Of a stretch of DNA of 64,000 nucleotides, positions 39,589 through 49,660 are shown one piece after another; the first letter of the stretch is position 1, and each line of letters opens with the position of its first letter. The notes under the pieces were generated by a model. The model had not been told where the DNA came from, did no database searches, and was given only the letters and a program-made list of their open reading frames with translations. This DNA comes from a virus. Lineage: Duplodnaviria > Caudoviricetes. The stretch is taken from positions 1,126-65,125 of IMG/VR virus record IMGVR_UViG_2541047088_000005; one strand, 5' to 3'. A program made the position numbers and the translations under genes.

Positions 39589-39885
39589 TCATCCCTCCTT
39601 TGTTACTTTTATTTGTAAAATTCTGTCCAACTTACCGTTCATGTCGCCCATATTCTTGTCAACATTGTTAAGTGTTCGGATGAAGTCCTCCCTCAGTACA
39701 TAAACGAGAGGAAGGTCACTCTTTAATTCCGATAGCTCCGTTTTTACCTTCTCGATGTCAAACGTATTCTTTTTAATAGCGTCCTTCATGTCGGAGATAG
39801 CACTTTTTACGCCCCAACCTATAAGGGCAATAACAAGTGTTGTAATGGTTTGAAGTGCGTACATGAGAATTTGACTTCCTTGCAT
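39589..39885 (-). CDS. Membrane-anchored coiled-coil protein (Mu gp25-like position)
   Basis: N-terminal TM; LPLVYVLREDF. Confidence 0.55.
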   Translation of the reverse strand: MQGSQILMYALQTITTLVIALIGWGVKSAISDMKDAIKKNTFDIEKVKTELSELKSDLPLVYVLREDFIRTLNNVDKNMGDMNGKLDRILQIKVTKEG

Positions 39886-39900
39886 GTGCTCACTCCTTGT

Positions 39901-40332
39901 TTAAGTTAGTGTCTTCAGTTTGAGAACCTTCTCCTCAACAAGTTTGGAGATGTAATCTCTGAAGTTGCCGAGATTCTCTTCAATAATTTTCTGTGTACCG
40001 GGCTTGACTGAGGCCGTAATTTCATTGACTGCCTGTTTTGACAAGGCAACAAGTTCTTCACGTTCGGCTTTTCCATCCTTAACAGCCTCCCTGAGCTGTT
40101 TTGCTGTAGTCTGCTCAATAGATGCAACGGTGACAATCGTCAATTCTTCAACATCCTCAAGTGCATTGTTGAGCAAACGACGAGCATCTTCATCCTTGAG
40201 CTGTGCCGTCTGAGTTTTCACCTTCTGAGTAGCCTTGTGTATGCCATATGTAGCATATGCAGCAAGTAACCCAATGAGAGAAATGGTAACGGTGACAAGT
40301 GCCTGACTGACTGTCGATTGAATCGCTTCCAT
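39901..40332 (-). CDS. Holin-like protein (LL-H type)
   Basis: GGAGG RBS before MEAIQ; one N-terminal TM and charged helical tail. Confidence 0.55.
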   Translation of the reverse strand: MEAIQSTVSQALVTVTISLIGLLAAYATYGIHKATQKVKTQTAQLKDEDARRLLNNALEDVEELTIVTVASIEQTTAKQLREAVKDGKAEREELVALSKQAVNEITASVKPGTQKIIEENLGNFRDYISKLVEEKVLKLKTLT

Positions 40333-40469
40333 GTTGATTCCTCCTATCCAAAAATTTTGACTAAAATAAAAAACCATAGGAGCATAGCTCCTATGGTTAA
40401 TATTACAGTGTTTCTTGAGAACCTTATATATGTAGTACTTCTGAGGTTTTCTTCCTAATTTTGGGGTAT

Positions 40470-40793
40470 TTATCCATTGCCTCCCTGGTCATAATCAAAG
40501 AGGGAAAGCTGTCCTTCGGCGTGTCCTTCTCCACATAATTGCCGAACCCACCGCTCTGTAACTTCGTACTTCTTCGAGAGTTCTAAATGATTGTAACCAT
40601 TGAACTCTGCCCTAATCTTTGCGTCTCTTACAGGACGGACAATGCTCTCGGTCTTTGGTAGATATATTGTGGAGCCTCCGACTATTTGGGTGAGCTCAAC
40701 AAAATTCATAATACCGATTGCTTCTGCAATTTGCCTATATAGGCCATCGGGAATTTGTTCAAGTGTCAGCTCCTTTGCATATGCTGCTTCCAT
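40470..40793 (-). CDS. mor: Mor/C-family transcription activator
   Basis: GGSTIYLPK...RDAKIRAEFNGYNHLELSKKYEVTERWVRQL. Confidence 0.88.
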   Translation of the reverse strand: MEAAYAKELTLEQIPDGLYRQIAEAIGIMNFVELTQIVGGSTIYLPKTESIVRPVRDAKIRAEFNGYNHLELSKKYEVTERWVRQLCGEGHAEGQLSLFDYDQGGNG

Positions 40794-40826
40794 CGGTTGT
40801 CCTCCTTTCCCGGAGCATTACCTTAT

Positions 40827-41705
40827 TTATATAGCTGAAAGGTTCGAAGCTTTGACGGCTGCGGTTACTGTCTTACCGATACCTATTACAACTTTGTCAC
40901 CGCTCACGCTTATAACATCGTATGAACCGTAATAGGCTTTAAACGGCTTGCCGTTGTATTGTATAGCTTTCAGTATCTTTACTTTTCCGCCTTTGACAAT
41001 CGGCTTACCTTTGTTATAGTTGTTAGTGGGGGGCTTTATATCTTTGCTCGGAGGAGTGATTCCATTACTGAAACCGTTCAGTCCGGCACTCCTTATTATT
41101 GATGGGTAATCTTTGAATGATATGTTAAGGTCTACGTTTCCGCTAATGCCCGGAACCTTTCCGCTGCTTGTATACTGCCACAGCCCGACATCATTGCGGT
41201 CACAATTCTTATTGTACCATGCATACCATAAGTCAAAACCTCTCAAGGCATTCATATCCAGCATATTCCTTATGTAGTCCTTGTTAGCATAATTCGTTGC
41301 ATAGTATCCGGCCTTTTGAACCTCGGTGCAGAATGCTTTTACAAAAGCCGTAGCTTGTACCTTGCCGATTGTAACGCCTTTCTTTCTGGCCCGAGTTACT
41401 GTGTCATACTCAATGTCATAGCAAACGGGGTATTCCACCTTATAAGGCTTAATCAATGCTATACACTGCCGAGCTTCACGAACTGCATTCTCAGCGTTCA
41501 AAGCGTAGCTGAACCAATAAACTCCCACCGGGATTCCAAGCCTGTTACACTCCGAAATGTTTCTTTTGAACTGCTCGTCAATATTGTTGTTCCCAAAACC
41601 CGCCCTCAGAATTGCGAACTCAATTCCGGCAGCCTTCACCTTGTTCCAATCAATTACTCCCTGATGTTTTGAAACATCAATACCGTTCTTGTTTATCTGT
41701 GCCAT
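40827..41705 (-). CDS. GH25 muramidase endolysin
   Basis: GIDVSKHQGVIDW, YDIE, WQYTSSGKVPGISGNVDLN. Confidence 0.92.
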   Translation of the reverse strand: MAQINKNGIDVSKHQGVIDWNKVKAAGIEFAILRAGFGNNNIDEQFKRNISECNRLGIPVGVYWFSYALNAENAVREARQCIALIKPYKVEYPVCYDIEYDTVTRARKKGVTIGKVQATAFVKAFCTEVQKAGYYATNYANKDYIRNMLDMNALRGFDLWYAWYNKNCDRNDVGLWQYTSSGKVPGISGNVDLNISFKDYPSIIRSAGLNGFSNGITPPSKDIKPPTNNYNKGKPIVKGGKVKILKAIQYNGKPFKAYYGSYDVISVSGDKVVIGIGKTVTAAVKASNLSAI

Positions 41706-41733
41706 ATCTCTCAATCTCCTTTTAAAATTAGGG

Positions 41734-41907
41734 TTATTCTTCTATGTCTGTCTCAATTAAGACTTCTTCGCCTTCAATCTCACTGTTAATCACTAGAATT
41801 ACTTTACCGGGCTTATCTGAAGGCTCTTCTGCTTTTATGGGATACATTTTATCCTTGTATAGCAGTACCTGACCGTTATCAACTACATCATGGTTTAATT
41901 TAATCAT
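41734..41907 (-). CDS. Small hypothetical protein (57 aa)
   Basis: GGAGG RBS; translationally coupled; below ORF-track cutoff. Confidence 0.5.
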   Translation of the reverse strand: MIKLNHDVVDNGQVLLYKDKMYPIKAEEPSDKPGKVILVINSEIEGEEVLIETDIEE

Positions 41908-42080
41908 TCTGATTTAACCTCCTTCAAAGGGCAGTCCTTATGCCTTTCAATAAAATTTTCTATTTCAATACTGAGCACTGGACAAAATAAGTTTTCTGAA
42001 CTTCCTGACATTTCAAAATCTGAAATAGTGCATTTTAAGCAATTGTCAGGCATGTCAATTTCTAAAATAGCTCTTGGCAT
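41904..42080 (-). CDS. Small Cys-containing phage protein (58 aa)
   Basis: MPRAILEIDMPDNCLKC...RHKDCPLKEV. Confidence 0.55.
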   Translation of the reverse strand: MPRAILEIDMPDNCLKCTISDFEMSGSSENLFCPVLSIEIENFIERHKDCPLKEVKSE

Positions 42081-42090
42081 TGATAATCTC

Positions 42091-42477
42091 CTAAAGTCTT
42101 AATATTGGGGTTACTATGTCCAGTAATTCCCCTATGGTGTAAGAGCTGCGGCCTTCATCCTTGAGCCTTTTCTTAAACCGAGTAACTTCAACGGTTATCT
42201 TCATAAGCTTCAGAACTCCGACTTGCTCCTCAGTAACCTTGTTCATCTTATCCGATACCATGCATCCGAGAGATTGTCTGAGTTCAAGGACTGCCTCAAA
42301 AGTGCTGCATTCTTCTTTGAATTCCTTCCAAACCTCCTCGGCAAATTTCTTGCGGTTGAGTTTGGGTTTATCGGGAGGAATTAAACCTTTATCCTGAAGC
42401 ATTTTTTTAAATTCGGCCCGTTCAGTCTTTTCACGATTGGTTAATTCCCTTGGCTTTTTTGTCTTAGTTGCTGCCAT
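42091..42477 (-). CDS. Hypothetical protein
   Basis: ORF in middle operon; KGLIPPDKPKLNRKKF. Confidence 0.55.
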   Translation of the reverse strand: MAATKTKKPRELTNREKTERAEFKKMLQDKGLIPPDKPKLNRKKFAEEVWKEFKEECSTFEAVLELRQSLGCMVSDKMNKVTEEQVGVLKLMKITVEVTRFKKRLKDEGRSSYTIGELLDIVTPILRL

Positions 42478-42940
42478 CAGAGTTCTCCTTTCTGTCGACC
42501 ATCTTTTTGAGGGCCTCAATCAGCTTGTGACTCTGTGAAACTGTCAACCATTCAAGACGCTCGACCTTAAACATTTTCTTGCAAAATCCGTTTATTCTCT
42601 CGTTATTATCATTCCAACCAAGCTCACCAGTAAGGGCGTATATCTTACGGCGTAAATTCTCTGTCAAAAGATTTCCGCCTTCGTCTGTCCGTTTTCGTTG
42701 CTCGGCCTTTTGAATACCATCCTTCAAATTGGAGAGTACACGGCATACCTTGTCAATTTCACCCTGAGTGAGTTTCTTCATACTGTCCTTCTTTGTTTCT
42801 CTACCGATGATACCATATAGGTCTTCATCATCTAGGGAAAGCTCAGGTGACTTTGCAAGTCCCCAAATTGTGCGGATAGAGTAGTGGGGGCGATTACGCC
42901 CCCCGTAAATTTTTCCTTGCATGATACCTCCTCCTAACAC
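42464..42940 (-). CDS. gemA: GemA/DUF1018-family regulatory protein
   Basis: LDDEDLY...SMKKLT...LEWLT...LIEALKKM; position after gam. Confidence 0.75.
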   Translation of the reverse strand: MLGGGIMQGKIYGGRNRPHYSIRTIWGLAKSPELSLDDEDLYGIIGRETKKDSMKKLTQGEIDKVCRVLSNLKDGIQKAEQRKRTDEGGNLLTENLRRKIYALTGELGWNDNNERINGFCKKMFKVERLEWLTVSQSHKLIEALKKMVDRKENSDGSN

Positions 42941-43446
42941 TGCACAGCTTGAAGTTTCTCACGGTCGGTTTCATACCAAAATGTGTCCTCTTTTTTTAGA
43001 GATGCTCCAACCCGGATGATTTCATCCTCGGTGTACTTCTTGAGTACATCTTTGTTTATAGTTTCCGTTGTAATGATGCAATCGTTCATCTTTCTAGCCT
43101 TTAGGCTTTTGACGATAGCAGCAAGCTTTTCTTTCGCTTTGGGAAGTACGACCTTTGTGCTCTTACGAAAACCCGTTTTCCCAAAGTTTAAAGTCTTCGT
43201 CTTGCCGTCAAGCTCGTCTCTATGTTCCTCGACAAAAGCCTTAATGTCCTTGCCGATTGCCACAATACGGTCTTGAACAGGCTTAGCCTCTTGAGCAGCC
43301 GTGAGTTTGATGCCCTGTATTTGTTTGTTCATATCGCCTTCGATGTCCAGAAGGTCAAGCTCAGCTTCTGCGATTTCCTTCAGTGCCTTGTCTACATCTT
43401 CCCATGACTTGTATGTTGGAGTTTCCTTGATTCTTATTCTCGTCAA
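42934..43446 (-). CDS. gam: Gam-family host-nuclease inhibitor
   Basis: SWEDVDKALKEI...KTLNFGKTGFRKS...INKDVLK. Confidence 0.85.
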   Translation of the reverse strand: MTRIRIKETPTYKSWEDVDKALKEIAEAELDLLDIEGDMNKQIQGIKLTAAQEAKPVQDRIVAIGKDIKAFVEEHRDELDGKTKTLNFGKTGFRKSTKVVLPKAKEKLAAIVKSLKARKMNDCIITTETINKDVLKKYTEDEIIRVGASLKKEDTFWYETDREKLQAVQC

Positions 43447-43838
43447 TGTTCTTCGCCTCCTTTCATAAATGTGTTGTATATGCCGACATCCGGCGTGGAG
43501 CCGAAGTCAATCCCTTTTTCAGATATGACATGAGATAAGCTGAAGAGTCTTTCAACTTTACCTTTTTTTAACGGGTTTAATCCACCTTCTTCAACGTATG
43601 CACTAATTATTTTCCCATCGTGGATTTCAAACCCGAGGCCGAATTCATTATGAAGCCAATAGAAAACATCAGTAGGAAATTCCTCAAGAGAGTGTGTCTC
43701 ATGTATTAAAATACTGTTTTGTGAAACAGCCTTCAGTATGTTGTTCTTAACGGTAGTTTTATTATCTAGGCCCTGTTCAAGACAGGCGAGGCCGACCGAA
43801 ACGACCTCCTCAATTCTTAATTCTGCTGTGTTTTTCAT
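43443..43838 (-). CDS. Hypothetical protein
   Basis: GGAGG RBS, ORF between B and gam. Confidence 0.45.
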   Translation of the reverse strand: MKNTAELRIEEVVSVGLACLEQGLDNKTTVKNNILKAVSQNSILIHETHSLEEFPTDVFYWLHNEFGLGFEIHDGKIISAYVEEGGLNPLKKGKVERLFSLSHVISEKGIDFGSTPDVGIYNTFMKGGEEH

Positions 43839-43866
43839 GTATAACCCTCCTCTGAATATTCTGAGA

Positions 43867-44841
43867 TTAAAGCATCATCATGTTAGATGCTTGATTAATT
43901 GTGTTCAGTGTGATTGTGTCATTCCCACGCTCTTTGAGAATTCTGAAAACATTATTGAGTGTACGGTCAAGTAATCGGAAGCAGCCTGTCTGAGTATTGC
44001 ACGCCCGGGCCTTTAGTTCTGCAAGTGCATCCACCTCAACCTCATAACCTTCAAGGAAACCCTCGACCTCCTTATCAGAGAGGCCTTTCAAACTTGCATA
44101 AAAGTCTACACGGTTTGCAAAACGGGTGAGATAGGACTTAATCTGGGCCTCAAGCTTCGGTTCTCCTGCAATAACCATACCAATATCGGACTGGTCGAAT
44201 ATCGCCCTGAGTATTTCCATTTTCTTTTGAGTGTACTTATTAATCAACTTGTCCGCCTCGTCGATAATGAGAAGATATCCTCTGTTTACATTGAAAAACT
44301 CCCGAATACCGTTGACACGTTTCCATATTGTCCCGTAAGTAGTAGGGATACCAAGCGTCCTCTCTATAGCTTCAACAAGGTCACGGCTTGACATGGTGTC
44401 GTCACATTCGATGTAGGCGACTCGGGGCATCTTTGAGTAATACTTTAGGGCATGAGTTTTTCCGAAACCGGATTTTCCGACCACAATACCGAGACCAATA
44501 TACTCCTGACAGGAGCTACACACGCCAATGATGTTCTGTGCATCCCTACTTTCAAAAAAGCTCTTCCGTTGTTTTGAGAAGTTTACGACTCTTCCTTGCT
44601 CAGTAGTTGCAGCGGAAAGTTCTTCTCCTGACACTTCCGCAAGGAAAGCTGTTAGTTTTGACTCAAGCTCTGTTGCATCACTGTCATATTTCCCTGAGAG
44701 ATACCGGGAAACCGTAGACCGTGAATAGTTAATAGTGCTTGCAATTTCTGTGATGGTCTTACCCTTACTCTGTATAAACTCATTAACCTTATCTGCAAGG
44801 GTTTTTGATTCATATGTGTAAGTCTTTGCTGCTGCTTCCAT
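43867..44841 (-). CDS. MuB-like AAA+ ATPase with N-terminal HTH
   Basis: GKSGFGKT Walker A, LIIDEAD Walker B; next to transposase. Confidence 0.92.
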   Translation of the reverse strand: MEAAAKTYTYESKTLADKVNEFIQSKGKTITEIASTINYSRSTVSRYLSGKYDSDATELESKLTAFLAEVSGEELSAATTEQGRVVNFSKQRKSFFESRDAQNIIGVCSSCQEYIGLGIVVGKSGFGKTHALKYYSKMPRVAYIECDDTMSSRDLVEAIERTLGIPTTYGTIWKRVNGIREFFNVNRGYLLIIDEADKLINKYTQKKMEILRAIFDQSDIGMVIAGEPKLEAQIKSYLTRFANRVDFYASLKGLSDKEVEGFLEGYEVEVDALAELKARACNTQTGCFRLLDRTLNNVFRILKERGNDTITLNTINQASNMMML

Positions 44842-44857
44842 ATCATTATCCTCCTTA

Positions 44858-46936
44858 TTATCCGAGGGCTCTCAGCCGTTCGAGGGCTTGTTGAGCCTTT
44901 TGGTTAAAAAACTCGTCATCTGTTTCTTTATGCTGCTTTTGTTTCTTAGAAACACTTCCTGCCTTGACATCATCCCGGAACTCCTTATCGTTCGGGAGCT
45001 GAATAAGCTTTTCGTTTTTCTTAGCCTTGACCGTGAGGTCTACACCTCCAACCACGGCGGGAGTACCGTTGTTCTGTACCCTGAGTTCATATGGTGTCTG
45101 ATACCATTCAAGCTCTTGCTTTGTCTCTCGGAGCTGTCGCTTTTGCTTCTTGATGTGCTCTTCGAGTGCTGCCTGTGGAACACGGGGCGCAATCTGAAGC
45201 AATTCAGCGGAGACAGCCTCACAAATTTTCTTGCCCTCTTTGTTGAATACATATAGCTTTGTAACATCGTCTATATCCCATTTGATATTGACAGTTTCTC
45301 CGATGTAATGGCAAAGCTCATAATCCGTGTAGAGTGTGCCAAATTTGATAATGCCTTGATTACGAACGAGAGCAGTGTCCGCTTTTAATAAGAGCATTGA
45401 TGCATATTCCCTAGGTGGTGATGCCTTATAATATCGTTCGCCGTTTTCAAATAATTCTATCGGTGTGATGTATTTCTCACGGCTTTTCCTGAGAGAAGAA
45501 TGTTCTCTTTTGTGGTAAACTTCGTTTTTCCACTTAGTCCAATATCCGTAGAACTCTTCCATTGTAAGAAGTTCACCACGTTCTAACATACCGGGTATAT
45601 CTTTTTTTCGTTTACCTGAAGTCTTCGAACCAGTGAGAGTTCCAACATAGGAGCCTATCCATTTGGTAAACATAGAGCATACAGTTCCGAAGAACCTCTC
45701 AATTTGTCCTTTACTCCACGGCTCATAGGGGAGAGACCTTGACCACTCCTCAATTCCTATGGAGCGGTAGAAGCCTTTTGTCTCGCTGTCAAAGTTAAGT
45801 TCCTGCATTCTACGGTCATTTCGACTCTGCCCGGTATTGGTCTTTGAAGTGTAATCTTTTCCGTTGTCAATGTGCAAGTGTTTCGGAACACCCCCCGGGT
45901 GTGAGTACAGCATCTTAACAAGGCTTTCTTTGAGTATCTGTGAATTAGCATCCACACAAAGCACATCACCCATGATGCAGCGTGACCGAGTGTCAAGCCA
46001 TGCGACAAGCTTCGGTCGGACTGCTTTAATTTTCCCGTTCGGGTGGGTATACTGTACCCAACAATCAAAAGTGTGCTCGTCACCCTGTACAAATTCCATT
46101 ACCTCAAGAGCTGTCGTATCTCGTTTACCCTTTAGCATTCGTGCATTTTTGAACTCCCTTAATCCATTTGCAGCAAGATAGTGGGCGTTACGGCCCCGAA
46201 GATTATCCATAAGGTACTTGATGTATCGGGCTACTGTCTTAATTGAGGGATAATCATTCCATCCCTTACAGTCAGCTATATCTTTGAATTTCCAATAAAG
46301 CATTTCTATTGTGCCGTGGTTCTGTGAAAAACCCGGGTCAAACCAAATGTTTTCAATAAGGACTTTTTGTTCTTCGGTTAAACTAGGAAAAGTGTGCGAT
46401 TCTTTTGGCTTCCTGCAAAGTGCAAGTACTTTGAAGAATTCAAAGTTTTCACCTTCTTCTCGTTCAAGCTTGGAAGCCCATGCACTTGACTCAAGGTATC
46501 CCTCAGCATATCGGTAGAGTGTACGCTTGCTGATGTTAAGCTTTGCTGCAAACATTTCAGCAAAGGCAGTCCGCTCACCTTCACCGTAGGAGACAAACTC
46601 CTGAATTTTTCTTGAGAGTTCAACAGCCTCATAATATTCTCTTTTGTGTGTTTCAATATACCAATTTAGGTCAATATCTAAGTACCAAGGGGACTCTTGA
46701 CTTTTTTGAACAATTTCCGAATCCTCTCTATAAACCTTACGCTCTGCCTTATGAGCTTTTCGTGCTTTTGTAGAGAGAGAGGAAATGGCCACAAAGACTC
46801 TGTCTTTTCCTCCGCATCTTGATTCTGTTTTCGTTTTGAAGCTACCCGGATTTCTTTCAATTCTTGATGTCATTCCTTTATAGCTTATACCTTCGAGCTG
46901 AGCTGCCTGTTCTAGTGAAATAAATGTTTCTTCCAA
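44858..46936 (-). CDS. MuA-like DDE transposase
   Basis: QGDEHTFD, HIDNGKDY, SKGQIERFF; Mu transposase C-terminus (VNIKWDIDD). Confidence 0.93.
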   Translation of the reverse strand: MEETFISLEQAAQLEGISYKGMTSRIERNPGSFKTKTESRCGGKDRVFVAISSLSTKARKAHKAERKVYREDSEIVQKSQESPWYLDIDLNWYIETHKREYYEAVELSRKIQEFVSYGEGERTAFAEMFAAKLNISKRTLYRYAEGYLESSAWASKLEREEGENFEFFKVLALCRKPKESHTFPSLTEEQKVLIENIWFDPGFSQNHGTIEMLYWKFKDIADCKGWNDYPSIKTVARYIKYLMDNLRGRNAHYLAANGLREFKNARMLKGKRDTTALEVMEFVQGDEHTFDCWVQYTHPNGKIKAVRPKLVAWLDTRSRCIMGDVLCVDANSQILKESLVKMLYSHPGGVPKHLHIDNGKDYTSKTNTGQSRNDRRMQELNFDSETKGFYRSIGIEEWSRSLPYEPWSKGQIERFFGTVCSMFTKWIGSYVGTLTGSKTSGKRKKDIPGMLERGELLTMEEFYGYWTKWKNEVYHKREHSSLRKSREKYITPIELFENGERYYKASPPREYASMLLLKADTALVRNQGIIKFGTLYTDYELCHYIGETVNIKWDIDDVTKLYVFNKEGKKICEAVSAELLQIAPRVPQAALEEHIKKQKRQLRETKQELEWYQTPYELRVQNNGTPAVVGGVDLTVKAKKNEKLIQLPNDKEFRDDVKAGSVSKKQKQHKETDDEFFNQKAQQALERLRALG

Positions 46937-47082
46937 TCCCTGTCCCTCCTTTGCACTTTACTTTCTTTTGTGGACTTGGTAGAATAGAGGGGATGAATAT
47001 TTTCATCAGTTCCAGATAAGAGCGTTTCCTTTTCGAGTGGACGCTCTTTTCTCTTACCCCTATGCACATTAATTCCCCCCGA

Positions 47083-47385
47083 CTATTTAACAACATTTAT
47101 ATTGAGCTCCTTTAATGATTGCTCAAGTTTCTTGATTTCTGATGTAACATATCCCTTTATTAAACTAAAACTTTCAATACTAGCCTGCTTCATATTAACG
47201 TAAGCAAATAGGTCGTCTATCTCTCTTTGAATTTCTTCATCAAGCTGATTTACTTTGTCTTGAAACTCTCTGAGTTTCCTCTCGTTAATAAATTTGATAT
47301 CTTCTTGTGTTAGTGCATTTTTGCCTTTTCCCATATCTGATTTAAGGTTCTCAAGTTCCACGATAAAATTACTAATATTTTTCAA
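47083..47385 (-). CDS. Hypothetical protein
   Basis: GGAGG RBS, TTG start. Confidence 0.5.
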   Translation of the reverse strand: MKNISNFIVELENLKSDMGKGKNALTQEDIKFINERKLREFQDKVNQLDEEIQREIDDLFAYVNMKQASIESFSLIKGYVTSEIKKLEQSLKELNINVVK

Positions 47386-47397
47386 ATAAATTCCTCC

Positions 47398-47613
47398 TTA
47401 TGCCGATTTTTGCAATTCTTCAGGGTCTATTTCTAGTACTGAAATAATCTTATGTATGTACTTCTCGCCAGTCCTATCCCCGTAAAGGATTAGGTTTAAA
47501 TATTTGTTGCTTGTTCCTACCTTTTCAGCAAGCAAAACCTGTGTCATACCTTTTTCTATAAGCCTCTTTTTTACAGTCATTCCAAACTGTGTGAGTTGCC
47601 TTTTTCGCATCAA
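47398..47613 (-). CDS. Ner/Cro-like HTH regulator
   Basis: TQVLLAEKVGTSNKYLNLILYGDR. Confidence 0.8.
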   Translation of the reverse strand: MMRKRQLTQFGMTVKKRLIEKGMTQVLLAEKVGTSNKYLNLILYGDRTGEKYIHKIISVLEIDPEELQKSA

Positions 47614-47693
47614 GCATCCTCCTTCCCGTCTCTTAGATGTACTTCAAATTGGTTTACTAAGACGGCCATTGTGCCGACTCATTGCTACAAAGT

Positions 47694-47990
47694 TTAATAA
47701 ACAGGAGAATAACCTTTATCCAACAACCTAATCCCTTGAAGTTCAGCTTCTTCAGCTTCTTTTGCCTTAACCATAGTGATTAATTCCTCTACAATTTCAC
47801 AGTCCCTGACAGCTTCAGAATGTTCATTTCTATAACCTTCTTTTGGTGTATCCATCTCATATGTCATGGAATAACATAAGCGATTATGCCATGCTAAGTC
47901 CTTTCGCTCCAATAAGTATTGAAGTGTAGTTTTCATTTTCATCCTCCTTGACTTGTCGCTTCTTTTCCACTTGATGGGGAAATATATCAT
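47694..47990 (-). CDS. Hypothetical early protein (likely start MKTTLQ)
   Basis: AGGAGG RBS before the internal ATG. Confidence 0.5.
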   Translation of the reverse strand: MIYFPIKWKRSDKSRRMKMKTTLQYLLERKDLAWHNRLCYSMTYEMDTPKEGYRNEHSEAVRDCEIVEELITMVKAKEAEEAELQGIRLLDKGYSPVY

Positions 47991-48250
47991 GTTTTCCCAG
48001 AGTTCTTATGCATCATATCAAGTCCTTCTTTTGTATCCCTAATGACGAGCCCAATTTTCCAATTAAGCCGACCTCACCGTATTTCAAAATATCACCTCCA
48101 AATTATTTTTAGCACCATATAGGCAAGAGTGCTCATTTGTTGGATATATGAATGCATTTGGAAAAATATTGAAAATCTTTCCGAGAAAAATCTCGCATTC
48201 GAGAACATACTGTGTTAATATATTTCTGATGTATTTATCTATCTTAGTTA

Positions 48251-48298
48251 ATTTTATACCACAAATGAGAACTTGTCAATATAATAGTTCTCATTTGT
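48251..48298 (-). promoter_or_regulatory. Mu-like early promoter with operator inverted repeat
   Basis: TTGACA-17-TAAAAT on minus strand; ACAAATGAGAAC/GTTCTCATTTGT 12-bp IR (48261-48298); related half-site at 48129-48140. Confidence 0.7.
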
Positions 48299-48342
48299 AT
48301 GACTTTTAATTGTGACTTTGTAAGTAGAAAGGGGGCTTTACC

Positions 48343-48789
48343 ATGATTGAGAACTTTGAGGGTGTGGGAGATAGAATATCCTCTCAGATGAAAAAATTAA
48401 AAATAAAACAAGTTGACATATGCAAAGATACCGAAATATCCAAGAATGCAATTAGTAATTATGTGAACGGAAATAGAATACCTGATACTTTATCTAGTTA
48501 TAAACTTTCTAAAGCTCTAAAAGTTTCTATGGAATGGTTATTAACTGGAGAAGATAGCTCAGCTCCCTCAAGTGAGAACTTAGAGAGTACTACAGAAAGT
48601 TTATCGGAAATAGAACAAGAATTGATTCAGGAATTCAGACAGTTAACTGACCGAGATAAAAAAGAGGTGACTACTTTTGTAAAGTTTAAACGGAACTTGG
48701 AGAAGGGTCGTGCGGCTCTGCCATCGTCGACCTTGAACAATGGAGAGAACGACACAGGGGAGGAAGCCGCAACAAGTGAAATAGCTTGA
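48343..48789 (+). CDS. Repressor (XRE HTH) of Mu-like phage
   Basis: Divergent from early operon; KQVDICKDTEISKNAISNYVNGNRIP...SMEWLLTG. Confidence 0.85.
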   Translation: MIENFEGVGDRISSQMKKLKIKQVDICKDTEISKNAISNYVNGNRIPDTLSSYKLSKALKVSMEWLLTGEDSSAPSSENLESTTESLSEIEQELIQEFRQLTDRDKKEVTTFVKFKRNLEKGRAALPSSTLNNGENDTGEEAATSEIA

Positions 48790-49243
48790 TTTTTTTATCT
48801 ATATTTGATGGATTATTCTATCATTTTTTTGCAGAATTCATTACATGTTTTTTTTAACCTCTTATTAACACTGAAACGCTTGATAACGGTGCATTTCTGC
48901 ATTTTACTTTCAAATGTTTCATTTTGCGGAATTGATTTTTATTTATTTTATTATGTGTAATAGTAATCCCGCACGTTTTTCGCACGACGTATTTATCATT
49001 TGAGCATCTGCAAACGCTTAATTCTACAGGCTTTTATTTTTACATATCAAATATGTTAATGTTTCGCACGCTGCGTTAGCACGCTACTGATATCGACTTT
49101 TATAATGTGCACTGATATAATACATACATGGGCCGTGATGACATTCTTTATCCTCTATGCTGCTAGTACTTCCAGAATGTTTGAGCGGTCCTTCTTGTTT
49201 AATTACAAGGATTCTAGACGTTTAGCTTGTTCACAGAAAGTAT

Positions 49244-49276
49244 AAAAAAAATAGCACCGTATTAATCAATGCTATT
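49244..49276 (-). terminator. Inward-facing intrinsic terminator near the right end
   Basis: ATAGCA...TGCTAT followed by T-run on minus strand. Confidence 0.55.
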
Positions 49277-49401
49277 CTCATTATATTTGTCCAACGAATC
49301 TTTTATTATCTCTTACAAACCCGCATAAATACTGAGGTTTCTCGTCACCTCTCGTAGTATCCCGTGTTATCTCGGTGTGTCAATTATGTTGTCTGAGTAC
49401 A

Positions 49402-49406
49402 CAAGT
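49402..49406 (+). repeat. 5-bp target site duplication CAAGT (right copy)
   Basis: gagTACA|CAAGTcatc. Confidence 0.85.
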
Positions 49407-49459
49407 CATCTTTCACCGCACTATTAAATTTTCAAGGTTCAACCAACTCAAAATTTCTG

Positions 49460-49660
49460 TTACCCTATTACTCTTTTTTTACACCTGTTGTTTAGTATCA
49501 AGTAGTTTAAAATAGCGGTTTCAGCCTTCTGTTTGCAATTCAATTTATTCACCTTGTTTCCTCTGCCTTTCTCCGCTAGAAGCATATCTTGTGCAATTCT
49601 ATCAATTGATTTACCGCTCCTAAATTCAGAAACAATTAAGGTGTCAGTGTATTCAACCAT
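49460..49660 (-). CDS. Small hypothetical protein (outer phage)
   Basis: Follows rep gene; RBS before MVEYTD. Confidence 0.5.
   Translation of the reverse strand: MVEYTDTLIVSEFRSGKSIDRIAQDMLLAEKGRGNKVNKLNCKQKAETAILNYLILNNRCKKRVIG

Larger units (their letters stand above)
18744..49401 (-). mobile_element. Mu-like transposable prophage (contractile tail), 30,658 bp
   Basis: MuA-like DDE transposase, MuB-like ATPase, Gam, GemA, Mor, Mu-type portal/F/I/T, sheath, baseplate J; ends TGTA...TACA with 17/26 identity as inverted repeats; CAAGT duplicated on both sides. Confidence 0.93.
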
